Source of the DNA: Minisyncoccota bacterium
Lineage (GTDB): Bacteria > Patescibacteriota > Minisyncoccia > Phycocordibacterales > Phycocordibacteraceae
Reading direction: 5' to 3'
DNA: 64,000 bases
NCBI GenBank assembly: GCA_035627595.1
Contig: DASPLK010000002.1
Location: 224,481 to 288,480, forward strand
This document shows, piece by piece, positions 1 to 8,097 of this stretch. The notes under the pieces were generated by a model that ran no database searches, was not told the DNA's origin, and worked only from the letters and a program-made list of their open reading frames with translations. The position numbers and the translations under genes are program-made. Numbering within the stretch: position 1 is the stretch's first letter; every line of letters begins with the position of its first letter.

Positions 1-1056
1 ATTCATACCAAGACCCTTCTTGGCGCTCTTGAGGTACACGCGCAAAGCCTCCGGACGAAGCCGCCTCCCTTCACAGGCCGGGCACGGTTCATCAGAGAAG
101 AGAGATTTTGTGCCAAGTCCGTTACAGACCGGGCAGGCGCCATAGGGGCTATTGAAAGAGAAAAGACGCGGCTCTACTTCGGGGAATGACATGCCGCAGT
201 CTGGACAGATGAACTTCGCAGACATGGTCTCCACGACGCCATCGGCATGACCTATCTTTACCAGACCATCCGCTTCCTTAAGCGCGAGCTCCAGGGCTTC
301 AGAAAGACGCTCACGAGCAGCATCAGGACTTCGTTCAAACTCAGATACGAAAATGGAATCAACGACAGCATCGATGTCATGACGCTTGTTGCGATCAAGT
401 ACGACCTTCTCTCGGAGCGAATGTGGTGTCCCGTCGATAACTACTTTCTCGTATCCTTTGCCGAGGAGATCGTAAAGCATTTGGTAATACTCACCTTTGC
501 GGCCGACCACGACCGGAGCGTAGATGGTGACCGCCGTACGATCTACCGCTACTCCCATGACCTCGGTGCTCTTTGCCTCTGTACGTGCTTGTATGCGGCC
601 CATGATGAGGCGGATCATTTCATCCTTGGACAGCTTCTCAATCGGGACATCATGGTTAACGCAGTACGGCTGTCCCGCGCGGGCATAGAGGACGCGCAAA
701 TAGTCATATATTTCGGTGACGGTCGCCACTGTTGAACGTGGATTGTTAGAACGTGACTTCTGGTCGATAGAGATCGCTGGCGAGAGACCAGTAATCTCAT
801 CTACGTCCGGCTTCTGCATTTGATTAAGGAACTGGCGCGCATATGCGGAAAGCGACTCCACATATCGGCGCTGGCCTTCTGCAAAGATAGTGTCAAACGC
901 GAGCGAGGACTTGCCGGAGCCAGAGAGACCTGTAAGTACGGTCATTACTCCTCTGGGAATATCCACAGAGAGGTTCTTCAGATTATGAGTACGCGCACCC
1001 TTAACCGATATCCAATCGGCCCCCTGGTGCTGTTCATGCTTTTTTGCTTTCGCCAT
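1..1056 (-). CDS. uvrA: Excinuclease ABC subunit A (5' part; runs off window start)
   Basis: Manual translation of the minus strand from ATG 1056: MAKAKK...[17 protein letters not shown]...[36 protein letters not shown], the canonical UvrA N-terminus. Absent from the ORF track because it is truncated. Confidence 0.96.
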   Translation of the reverse strand, partial: MAKAKKHEQHQGADWISVKGARTHNLKNLSVDIPRGVMTVLTGLSGSGKSSLAFDTIFAEGQRRYVESLSAYARQFLNQMQKPDVDEITGLSPAISIDQKSRSNNPRSTVATVTEIYDYLRVLYARAGQPYCVNHDVPIEKLSKDEMIRLIMGRIQARTEAKSTEVMGVAVDRTAVTIYAPVVVGRKGEYYQMLYDLLGKGYEKVVIDGTPHSLREKVVLDRNKRHDIDAVVDSIFVSEFERSPDAARERLSEALELALKEADGLVKIGHADGVVETMSAKFICPDCGMSFPEVEPRLFSFNSPYGACPVCNGLGTKSLFSDEPCPACEGRRLRPEALRVYLKSAKKGLGMN

Positions 1057-1153
1057 GTATGTAAATTCCCTGCCCGTGGTGGGGCAGGTACGTATTCAAT
1101 TATACCACAAAGCCTACGAAGTGCCTTCCGTAGGAATGATGAAGTATAAGCGG

Positions 1154-1552
1154 TTAGGCTGTTGCAGGAGTCTGCGGTGAAGCGATCATCGCCTCGATGC
1201 GCTTAACGATCTCTTCGATCTCAACCTCTGCCTTCACTAGGTAGTCGGTTGCGCCCATGGAGCGAGCCTTCTCCATATCAGACTCTTGTCCAAGATTCGA
1301 CACAATAATGACCGGTACATCCTTGTGTGCGTCAGTGCGTGCGCGTATAGCCTGCAACACCTCAAAACCACCCATCGTTGGAAGCATAAGATCCAGAAGG
1401 ACCAGGGACGGCTTGTATTGCTCAAAGAGCGCAAGTGCCTCATTACCATCTGATGCGTAGAGGGTCTGGTACTTGCCAGCAAAGGTGTGCCCGAGAAGGT
1501 TCTTAAGGATAGGATCGTCCTCGACCACCAGGATAAACTTCGTGTCTGTCAT
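1154..1552 (-). CDS. Single-domain response regulator (receiver)
   Basis: ILVVEDD, LLDLMLP, IVSN and YLVK receiver motifs; lies next to a histidine kinase. Confidence 0.92.
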   Translation of the reverse strand: MTDTKFILVVEDDPILKNLLGHTFAGKYQTLYASDGNEALALFEQYKPSLVLLDLMLPTMGGFEVLQAIRARTDAHKDVPVIIVSNLGQESDMEKARSMGATDYLVKAEVEIEEIVKRIEAMIASPQTPATA

Positions 1553-1571
1553 GCTGGTAGCTTAGCACCTT

Positions 1572-2666
1572 CTAGCGCGGCAAGGGAAGGCTGAGGGTAA
1601 AGGTCGTGCCCGGACCATTCTCGTTGGATGCAAAATTGAGATCGCCGCCGTGGTCCATCGCGATAGTGCGGGAGATATAGAGCCCGAGGCCATTTCCCTG
1701 GTTCTGCTTGGTAATGGCGTTCCCTGCCCTGTAGAAGCGCTCGAAAATGTTCGAACGGTCCTTATCCTCAATACCTATGCCTGTGTCATGGACGCGCACA
1801 CGAACATGCTTCTCGCTCGCGTCAGCCATGATACGTACCGTGCCGCCTGCGGGGGTATAGCGAATGGCGTTCTCTAGGAGGTTGTTCAATATCCACTTAA
1901 TGCGGTTTCGGTCAGCGCGTATCTCAGGAAGCGGCGCTTCACTTCGTGCGTAGTATAGAGAGACCTGACTCTGACCTGCGTGTGGTGCAAAATCGTTTGC
2001 AACTTCAGCAATCAGCTCGTCTATACGAAAGACTGAATACTCGTACTTATGCTTTCCGGACTCGATTGAAGTTATATCGAGAAGTGTGCCGACCGTATCG
2101 ACCAAGTCTTTGCCCTTCTCCTTGGCACTCGTGACTAGCGCCATCTGACTCTCTGTCAGCGGCTCCTTTTCCAAAGCTTCGAGGGCCCAGCGGATACCCG
2201 TGAGCGGAGTGCGTAGCTGATGAGCGGCGGTAGAGATGAAATCCGACTTCACGCGTGATATCTCCACGTCATGACGGTGCACCTGATCAACTTTTTCGAC
2301 CAGGTCCGTATACACACTCGCCAGCTCGCGTATCTCGCGCGGTGTACCTTCGACGTTAGGAAGCGTGCCCTTCTCGCCGTCTCGGGAGAACTGAAGCATA
2401 GCTTTGATGATCTCCTTCAGGGGGCGAACGATAAGATTACTCATGAGGAAGAACACGAGCAGCATGAGAATCGTGGTGAAGATGATGAGCGCCACCATGC
2501 CGTAGAGAACGAGAATCTGAAGGGCAGTATCAGCCTGAGGCCAGAGGTCTGGCGGAAACAGTTCGAACAACCGCTCCTTTAAGAAGGCGACAAGTCCATA
2601 AATAAATCCCACCGCGAGCGCGAGTGTAGCGAAGAAAATGAGTGCCAGGAGGCCTCGTATACCCAT
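1572..2666 (-). CDS. Membrane sensor histidine kinase (2 TM, HAMP, HisKA, HATPase)
   Basis: AAHQLRTPL H-box, NLLENAIRY N-box, DTGIGI, FERFYR and GLGLYI. Confidence 0.93.
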   Translation of the reverse strand: MGIRGLLALIFFATLALAVGFIYGLVAFLKERLFELFPPDLWPQADTALQILVLYGMVALIIFTTILMLLVFFLMSNLIVRPLKEIIKAMLQFSRDGEKGTLPNVEGTPREIRELASVYTDLVEKVDQVHRHDVEISRVKSDFISTAAHQLRTPLTGIRWALEALEKEPLTESQMALVTSAKEKGKDLVDTVGTLLDITSIESGKHKYEYSVFRIDELIAEVANDFAPHAGQSQVSLYYARSEAPLPEIRADRNRIKWILNNLLENAIRYTPAGGTVRIMADASEKHVRVRVHDTGIGIEDKDRSNIFERFYRAGNAITKQNQGNGLGLYISRTIAMDHGGDLNFASNENGPGTTFTLSLPLPR

Positions 2667-2689
2667 ACCGCTATACTAGCACCTGTTTC

Positions 2690-4765
2690 CTAGCGACCAC
2701 GACGTTTTTTCACGCTTCCGGAACGCATAGATTTTTTGCCAGGCGTCTCCCTTCCTTCTAGCGTATAGATTTCGTCTCTAATAAGCGCAGCGGTCTCAAA
2801 ATCTAGAGCCTCCACGGCTTCGGCCATCTGCCGACGCTTATCGGCAAGGAATGTTTTCGGATCCTCAGCGAATAGCTTCTCATCGAGCTCCAAGAGCGAA
2901 TCGACCGTCTTCTGATGATCGCTCCTGAGACTCTCTGCGATATCCCGAATCTCCTTCTTGATAGTGACTGGTGTAATGCCGTGCTTTTTGTTGTAGGTAA
3001 GCTGTATATCACGGCGCCGGTTCGTCTCGGAGATGGCACGCTCCAATGAGCCAGTCATCACGTCTGCATAAAGTATGACGCGGCCAAGTATGTTTCGCGC
3101 AGCACGACCTATCGTCTGGATGAGCGACGTTTCCGAGCGAAGGAATCCTTCCTTATCGGCGTCGAGAATTCCGACCAACTCAACTTCTGGGAGATCAAGA
3201 CCCTCCCTCAATAGATTCACGCCGACCAGAATATCGAACGTACCCTTTCTAAACTCTGTAAGGATAGTTATGCGGTCAATCGTCTTCACGTCGCTATGAA
3301 GGTACTCAGCTGAGATGCCTTTCTCCTTAAGGAAATTCGAAAGATCCTCTGCCATCTGCTTTGTGAGTGTAGTCGCCAACACGCGTCCTCCATTTTTGAT
3401 GACCGCATCAGCCTCGGCGATAAAATCAGCGACTTGTCCCTTGTAATCGCCAGTCTCCGTTACGGGACGGATGATAAGTTCTGGATCGATGAGTCCGGTC
3501 GGGCGGATGATCTGCTCCACCATCTGGCCTATAGGAGGCACGCTCTTCTCCTTTTCGTAGGCACCCGGTGTAGCTGATGTATAGATGACCTGGCCAACTC
3601 GCTCCTCAAATTCATCAAATTTCAGAGGGCGGTTATCGAACGCTGACGGTAGGCGAAATCCATGCTCAACGAGCACCTGCTTTCTGGAGCGATCGCCCGC
3701 GTACATGCCGCCGATCTGAGATACGGTCACATGGGACTCATCGATGACCGTGAGAAATTCAGGCGATCCGTCCTTTGCATGCGGGAAATAGGATAAGAGC
3801 GTATGAGGCGGTTCCCCTGGAGATCGCCCATCGAAGTGTCGCGAATAGTTCTCGATGCCTGTCGTGTATCCAAGCTCACGTATGAGTGATAAGTCGTGAA
3901 GCGTGCGTCGCTTCAATCGCTCATGTTCAAGCTCCTTCCCCTCTCGCTTTAACTGCGCGAGCCGCTCATCGAGTTCTGCCTTTATATCCTCAAGTGCGCG
4001 GTTACGCTCTTGCTCACTTGTCACGAAGTGCTTTGCGGGGAACACGAATATGGAGTCCGGTGATCCGGTCTTAGCGCGCGTTATTGGATCGAGACACTCA
4101 ACCGCAATGACCTTCTCCTCATCAAATATAACGCGGTATATCGCACGCTCATTAACCGGCATAAGCTCTAGAGAGTTGCCTACGCCCCTAAACTGGCCTG
4201 GTGAGAGATCTGCCGTGGTGCGCTCGAAGTAGATGCCGATAAGCTTGCGAATAAGCGAAGCGCGATTCTCTACCTCTCCAACTTTCAACTTCACATGTCG
4301 CTTCTCATACTCAGCAGGTGACCCAAGACCATAGATCGCTGAGACAGAGGCGACAATAATAACGTCCTTGCGGGTTAGGAGCGCCTGAGTCGCGGCGTGT
4401 CGCAGACGGTCGATTTCTGCGTTGATCTGTGCCTCCTTCTCAATATAGGTATCGGAATGCGCAATGTATGCCTCTGGCTGATAGTAGTCATAGTAAGAGA
4501 CAAAGTAGTGCACCTCGTTTTCTGGAAAAAACTCTCGGTACTCCTGTGCCAACTGTGCAGCGAGCGTCTTATTATGCGCCAAGACCAGGGTCGGCTTATC
4601 AATATTCGCTATTACATTTGCGGCCGTGTAGGTCTTACCAGAGCCTGTGACGCCCACGAGGGTTTGATGTCGAAGACCGTCTTTAATGCCCTTTGTGAGG
4701 GATTCTATTGCCTTGGGCTGATCGCCTGCAGGCGGGAAGGGTATGTGGAGCTTGAAGTTAGCCAT
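2690..4765 (-). CDS. uvrB: Excinuclease ABC subunit B
   Basis: GDQPKAI, GVTGSGKT, YFVSYYDYYQPEAY, DESH, NLLREGLDLPEV and C-terminal UVR motif LDFETAALIRD. Confidence 0.98.
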   Translation of the reverse strand: MANFKLHIPFPPAGDQPKAIESLTKGIKDGLRHQTLVGVTGSGKTYTAANVIANIDKPTLVLAHNKTLAAQLAQEYREFFPENEVHYFVSYYDYYQPEAYIAHSDTYIEKEAQINAEIDRLRHAATQALLTRKDVIIVASVSAIYGLGSPAEYEKRHVKLKVGEVENRASLIRKLIGIYFERTTADLSPGQFRGVGNSLELMPVNERAIYRVIFDEEKVIAVECLDPITRAKTGSPDSIFVFPAKHFVTSEQERNRALEDIKAELDERLAQLKREGKELEHERLKRRTLHDLSLIRELGYTTGIENYSRHFDGRSPGEPPHTLLSYFPHAKDGSPEFLTVIDESHVTVSQIGGMYAGDRSRKQVLVEHGFRLPSAFDNRPLKFDEFEERVGQVIYTSATPGAYEKEKSVPPIGQMVEQIIRPTGLIDPELIIRPVTETGDYKGQVADFIAEADAVIKNGGRVLATTLTKQMAEDLSNFLKEKGISAEYLHSDVKTIDRITILTEFRKGTFDILVGVNLLREGLDLPEVELVGILDADKEGFLRSETSLIQTIGRAARNILGRVILYADVMTGSLERAISETNRRRDIQLTYNKKHGITPVTIKKEIRDIAESLRSDHQKTVDSLLELDEKLFAEDPKTFLADKRRQMAEAVEALDFETAALIRDEIYTLEGRETPGKKSMRSGSVKKRRGR

Positions 4766-4847
4766 TTCCTATTGAGTGTACCTGCGCACCATGAATTGTG
4801 GAAGAAGCGGGCGCGTGGTATTTACTACGCAGGCCAAGGAGGTACGC

Positions 4848-5240
4848 ATGCGCCGACATCACGACTATGATGCTGCGATCATGCAGTATCCGAACCTATA
4901 TGCTCTTTTGCGTAAAGTACGAGAGCTCTACATCACCCATGGGGAGATAGTAATAGCAGCGAAGGCACCTGTTCTCATGGGCCTCGACGGCGTGCCTGCT
5001 GGAGGTTCCGGGCAGCATGTAAAGCTCTGCAGTCCTACCCTGCTCGATGACGACGAGCACACCCTCGGTCAGGAACTGCAGTGCATTGCTTGGATGGGTC
5101 ACTGCGGTGAACTATCACGCGAGGAGCTCAAGTCTCTCGACAAGGACAGTGAGCAGGTTTTACGCTCCATAACAAAGCTTTCTCGACAGTTCGATAGTAT
5201 GTATGCGCGTAGACTAAGAAGACGCGGGCTACTCAACTAA
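4848..5240 (+). CDS. Orphan hypothetical protein (~130 aa)
   Basis: AAGGAGG SD 5 nt before ATG 4848; fills the uvrB-tgt gap; followed by a palindrome. No family recognised. Confidence 0.6.
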   Translation: MRRHHDYDAAIMQYPNLYALLRKVRELYITHGEIVIAAKAPVLMGLDGVPAGGSGQHVKLCSPTLLDDDEHTLGQELQCIAWMGHCGELSREELKSLDKDSEQVLRSITKLSRQFDSMYARRLRRRGLLN

Positions 5241-5266
5241 CGGGCCGGATCTATAGATCCGGCCCG
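5241..5266. terminator. Perfect 26-bp palindrome between convergent genes (possible bidirectional terminator)
   Basis: CGGGCCGGATCTATAGATCCGGCCCG is its own reverse complement; no U-tract. Confidence 0.55.
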
Positions 5267-5272
5267 CAATGG

Positions 5273-6484
5273 TTACCTATAATATCGAGCCTCAAATTCC
5301 CTCCTATACATATCGAAGTTGTCCTTCTCGATAGCAGCACGTGCACCATCAACCAGTGCGATGACGAACCCGAGATTATGCATTGACGCAATGGTTTGCC
5401 CGAGCATTTCGCCTGAGCGTAGGAGATGGGAGACATACGCTTTCGTAAATGGCTCGGTGCCAGGCACACTAACCTCATCTAGCGTCGAGAAATCCGTCTT
5501 GTATCTCTCGTTTTTTAAATTAATCGCGCCATCTAGCGTATAGATAGTGCCATGCCTGCCGAGCCTAGTGGCTGCAACACAATCAAAAAGATCTATGCCG
5601 TTTGCGATACCGGTAAGAATATCGCCCGGCTCGCCTATACCGAGAAAGTGTCTAGGCTTCTCTTCAGGGAGATGCGTAATTGCTGCTTGAAGCGCACCGT
5701 GCATATCCTCTTTGCTGAAGGAACCGCCAATACCAAACCCATCAAATCCCATGGAAGCGATCTCTTTTGCGCTCTCCATTCTAAGGTCCTCATACCTGCC
5801 GCCTTGTACGATGCCGAAGATGGCCTGGCGCTTTGATGCTTCCAAGTTCTGCCTATGCGCTTTAAGCGAACGAAGCGCCCAGCGGTGTGTTCGCTCCATT
5901 GCTTCGCGTTGATACTCGTAAGTCTCCGTGGGTGCAGTGCACTCATCAAACGCAAAGAACATATCTGCACCCAAGGCGTGCTGTATCTCGATGGAGCGCT
6001 CAGGCGTGAAGCGATGTAGTGAGCCATCGAGATGAGATGTAAAGGTGACGCCCTCGTCGTCGATAACAGCAAGCTGTCCGTGCTGGCTTCGTAGTTCGTC
6101 GTCATACACCGCAACCCCGCTTTCGCGCGGTGCCTCATCACCCTTTGCTATCTTTGTAATGGTCCGACCGAATGCAGCACCGAGCGAGAACACTTGAAAC
6201 CCTCCCGAGTCGGTCATAGTCGGCCCATCCCATCCCATAAACTTCCCAAGACCGCCGCCGCGCTTAACAATTTCTTCTCCCGGCTGCAGGTAGAGGTGGT
6301 ACGTATTAGCAAGCACGACCTGCGCTCCAAGCTTTGGCAAAAGCTCAGGCAGCACACCCTTTATATTCGCCTTAGTACCAACAGGTACAAATGCCGGCGT
6401 CTTGATGACTCCGTGCGGTGTTACAAGAGTACCTGTGCGGGCTCTGCCTTCACGAGCGCCTATGCTAAAAGAGAACGTTTCCAT
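5273..6484 (-). CDS. tgt: Queuine tRNA-ribosyltransferase
   Basis: TPAFVPVGT, LANTYHL, TDSGGFQVFSL, GIVQGG and DLFDCV motifs; start set at METFSF (6484). Confidence 0.96.
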   Translation of the reverse strand: METFSFSIGAREGRARTGTLVTPHGVIKTPAFVPVGTKANIKGVLPELLPKLGAQVVLANTYHLYLQPGEEIVKRGGGLGKFMGWDGPTMTDSGGFQVFSLGAAFGRTITKIAKGDEAPRESGVAVYDDELRSQHGQLAVIDDEGVTFTSHLDGSLHRFTPERSIEIQHALGADMFFAFDECTAPTETYEYQREAMERTHRWALRSLKAHRQNLEASKRQAIFGIVQGGRYEDLRMESAKEIASMGFDGFGIGGSFSKEDMHGALQAAITHLPEEKPRHFLGIGEPGDILTGIANGIDLFDCVAATRLGRHGTIYTLDGAINLKNERYKTDFSTLDEVSVPGTEPFTKAYVSHLLRSGEMLGQTIASMHNLGFVIALVDGARAAIEKDNFDMYRREFEARYYR

Positions 6485-6543
6485 ACTAGATACCGTAGCG
6501 GGTAGCATTAGAAAACACAAGTTTTAAGCCGTCCAAAGGCCTC

Positions 6544-6571
6544 TTGACATACTAGCAATATCCTATATAGT
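6544..6571 (+). promoter_or_regulatory. Sigma70-like promoter TTGACA-N16-TATAGT for the 6646 gene
   Basis: ttgaca tactagcaatatccta tatagt read directly from the sequence. Confidence 0.55.
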
Positions 6572-6645
6572 CCTTGCAGGAGTTCTTCTCGTTGTGAGCA
6601 AAGATCTCCGAATACCGTCAACGGCAATAGAGGGAGAGCCTCGCC

Positions 6646-7188
6646 ATGCTACATCTGAACCGTAAGGGGGGCGTGGTCCTCGCGGCCCTCGCCGCTCTGT
6701 CCACTTCGGCCTGTCTGTCGACTCCGGGATACGACTCTGCGCCGATGGCGGTCCACGCCATCGTCCACAACCCGGACGTCAACGGCGGCCGTCCGTCGCC
6801 CGAAGCAATCGATGCGATCAACCGCTACGCGGCCAGCTGCTACCAGCAACTCGAGTCCCAGGTCCGCGGCCAGTTCGAGTCGGGCCTCCGGTCCGCCGCC
6901 GACTATGGCGTCGCGGGTGCGATCGGCGGCGGCCTCGGCCTCGCCGGCGGCTCCACCGGCTTCGAAGGTGTCGATCCTGCCAGCTACGGCCAGTACGGCG
7001 CCATCGCCGGTGCCGCACAGGGCGCCGCGAGCGGATTCGTCAACGGCCAGGTGACCGGGAGCTACTCGTTCGCCGCCGCCCGTGGCGAGTGCGTGAACGA
7101 CTTCTGGAGCGACGAAAAGGATTCGCGTCCCGAGTATCGGGGCACGCATCCGGTCACGCTGCTGAACGGCCGCTCCGGATCGAACTGA
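6646..7188 (+). CDS. Putative lipoprotein with glycine-zipper segment
   Basis: Signal peptide ending LSTSA-C (lipobox-like); GVAGAIGGGLGLAGG and GAIAGAAQGAASG GxxxG repeats; AGGGAG SD; visibly GC-rich codons. Confidence 0.7.
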   Translation: MLHLNRKGGVVLAALAALSTSACLSTPGYDSAPMAVHAIVHNPDVNGGRPSPEAIDAINRYAASCYQQLESQVRGQFESGLRSAADYGVAGAIGGGLGLAGGSTGFEGVDPASYGQYGAIAGAAQGAASGFVNGQVTGSYSFAAARGECVNDFWSDEKDSRPEYRGTHPVTLLNGRSGSN

Positions 7189-7229
7189 TCTTCGGCACAA
7201 CACAACCAGGCGTTTCGTAATAGAAACGC

Positions 7230-7268
7230 AGTCGCCGGGCCCTTCTTGGGACCCGGCGACTACTTTTA
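7230..7268 (+). terminator. Rho-independent terminator-like hairpin
   Basis: AGTCGCCGGG-CCC...GGG-ACCCGGCGACT stem followed by ACTTTT. Confidence 0.65.
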
Positions 7269-7278
7269 TACCCTATGA

Positions 7279-7782
7279 CTAGTTAACCGTGAGGAGCTCG
7301 ACGTCGAAGATGAGTGTCGCGTTCGGCGGGATGGGACCTACACCCTGCGCTCCGTAACCCATAGCTGGGGGAATGATGAGGCGGCGCTTGCCACCCTCTT
7401 TCATACCGACAAGGCCCTGATCCCAGCCTGCGATAACAGATCCCTGGCCAAGTACGAACGTAAACGGCTCATTGCCGCGATTGGCAGTCGTATCAAACAC
7501 AGAGCCGTCCGGAAGCATGCCGGTGTAGCGAACAGATACGGTGGTACCAGCCTGCGCCTCGGCACCTGTACCTACTACCTCATCGGTAACAGTTAGCTCG
7601 TTGGGAAGCTCTGCCGGGATCGGCGCGCTCTGGTTTTCGGATTCGGACATGGTATTTGGAAGAAGAATATCCTGATTAGTCTGATTGATGGTTGGTGCGA
7701 ACATGCCCGGCCCGAATACGAGGAGCCCGAAGGCCACAAGTACCGCAAGCGCGACGGCTATCCCAGTTGCTGTTACGTTCAT
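7279..7782 (-). CDS. FKBP-type peptidyl-prolyl cis-trans isomerase, N-terminal membrane anchor
   Basis: VSVRYTGML-DGSVFD, VIAGWDQGLVGMKEGGKRRLIIPP, GYG and IPPNATLIFDVEL. Confidence 0.95.
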   Translation of the reverse strand: MNVTATGIAVALAVLVAFGLLVFGPGMFAPTINQTNQDILLPNTMSESENQSAPIPAELPNELTVTDEVVGTGAEAQAGTTVSVRYTGMLPDGSVFDTTANRGNEPFTFVLGQGSVIAGWDQGLVGMKEGGKRRLIIPPAMGYGAQGVGPIPPNATLIFDVELLTVN

Positions 7783-7791
7783 AGTCAATCG

Positions 7792-8094
7792 TTAATTTCT
7801 GGTTAGCGTAAGTATATCATTGGTCAATTCCTGCACAGCCTCCATTACTGCACTGTCCGCATCAGGCACTTTAAGCTCAATGAAGCCCTGCACTTCCTCT
7901 TCCGAGGCATCACGATCCATAAGTACGCCAAACTCCTCGCGCGTCGCTTCATCCATACGCTCCAAGAGGCGTACGAATGTGCTCTTAAAGATAAGCTCGT
8001 GCAGGCTCAACAGAAGCTCTTGCTGCTCTTCCTCCTCAAGTGCTGTGAAGTTCAGCGCATCGAGAATGTTGTCTGGAATGGTCACTTGGTTCAT
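7792..8094 (-). CDS. Small acidic helical hypothetical protein (DUF5663-like, CPR-type)
   Basis: 100-aa acidic ORF, tightly coupled to both neighbours; family call from memory only. Confidence 0.65.
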   Translation of the reverse strand: MNQVTIPDNILDALNFTALEEEEQQELLLSLHELIFKSTFVRLLERMDEATREEFGVLMDRDASEEEVQGFIELKVPDADSAVMEAVQELTNDILTLTRN

Positions 8095-8097
8095 AGA

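Noticed and set aside
247-1149. Plus-strand ORFs 247-735 and 820-1149
   Set aside because: They are antisense shadows of uvrA, which reads cleanly on the minus strand.
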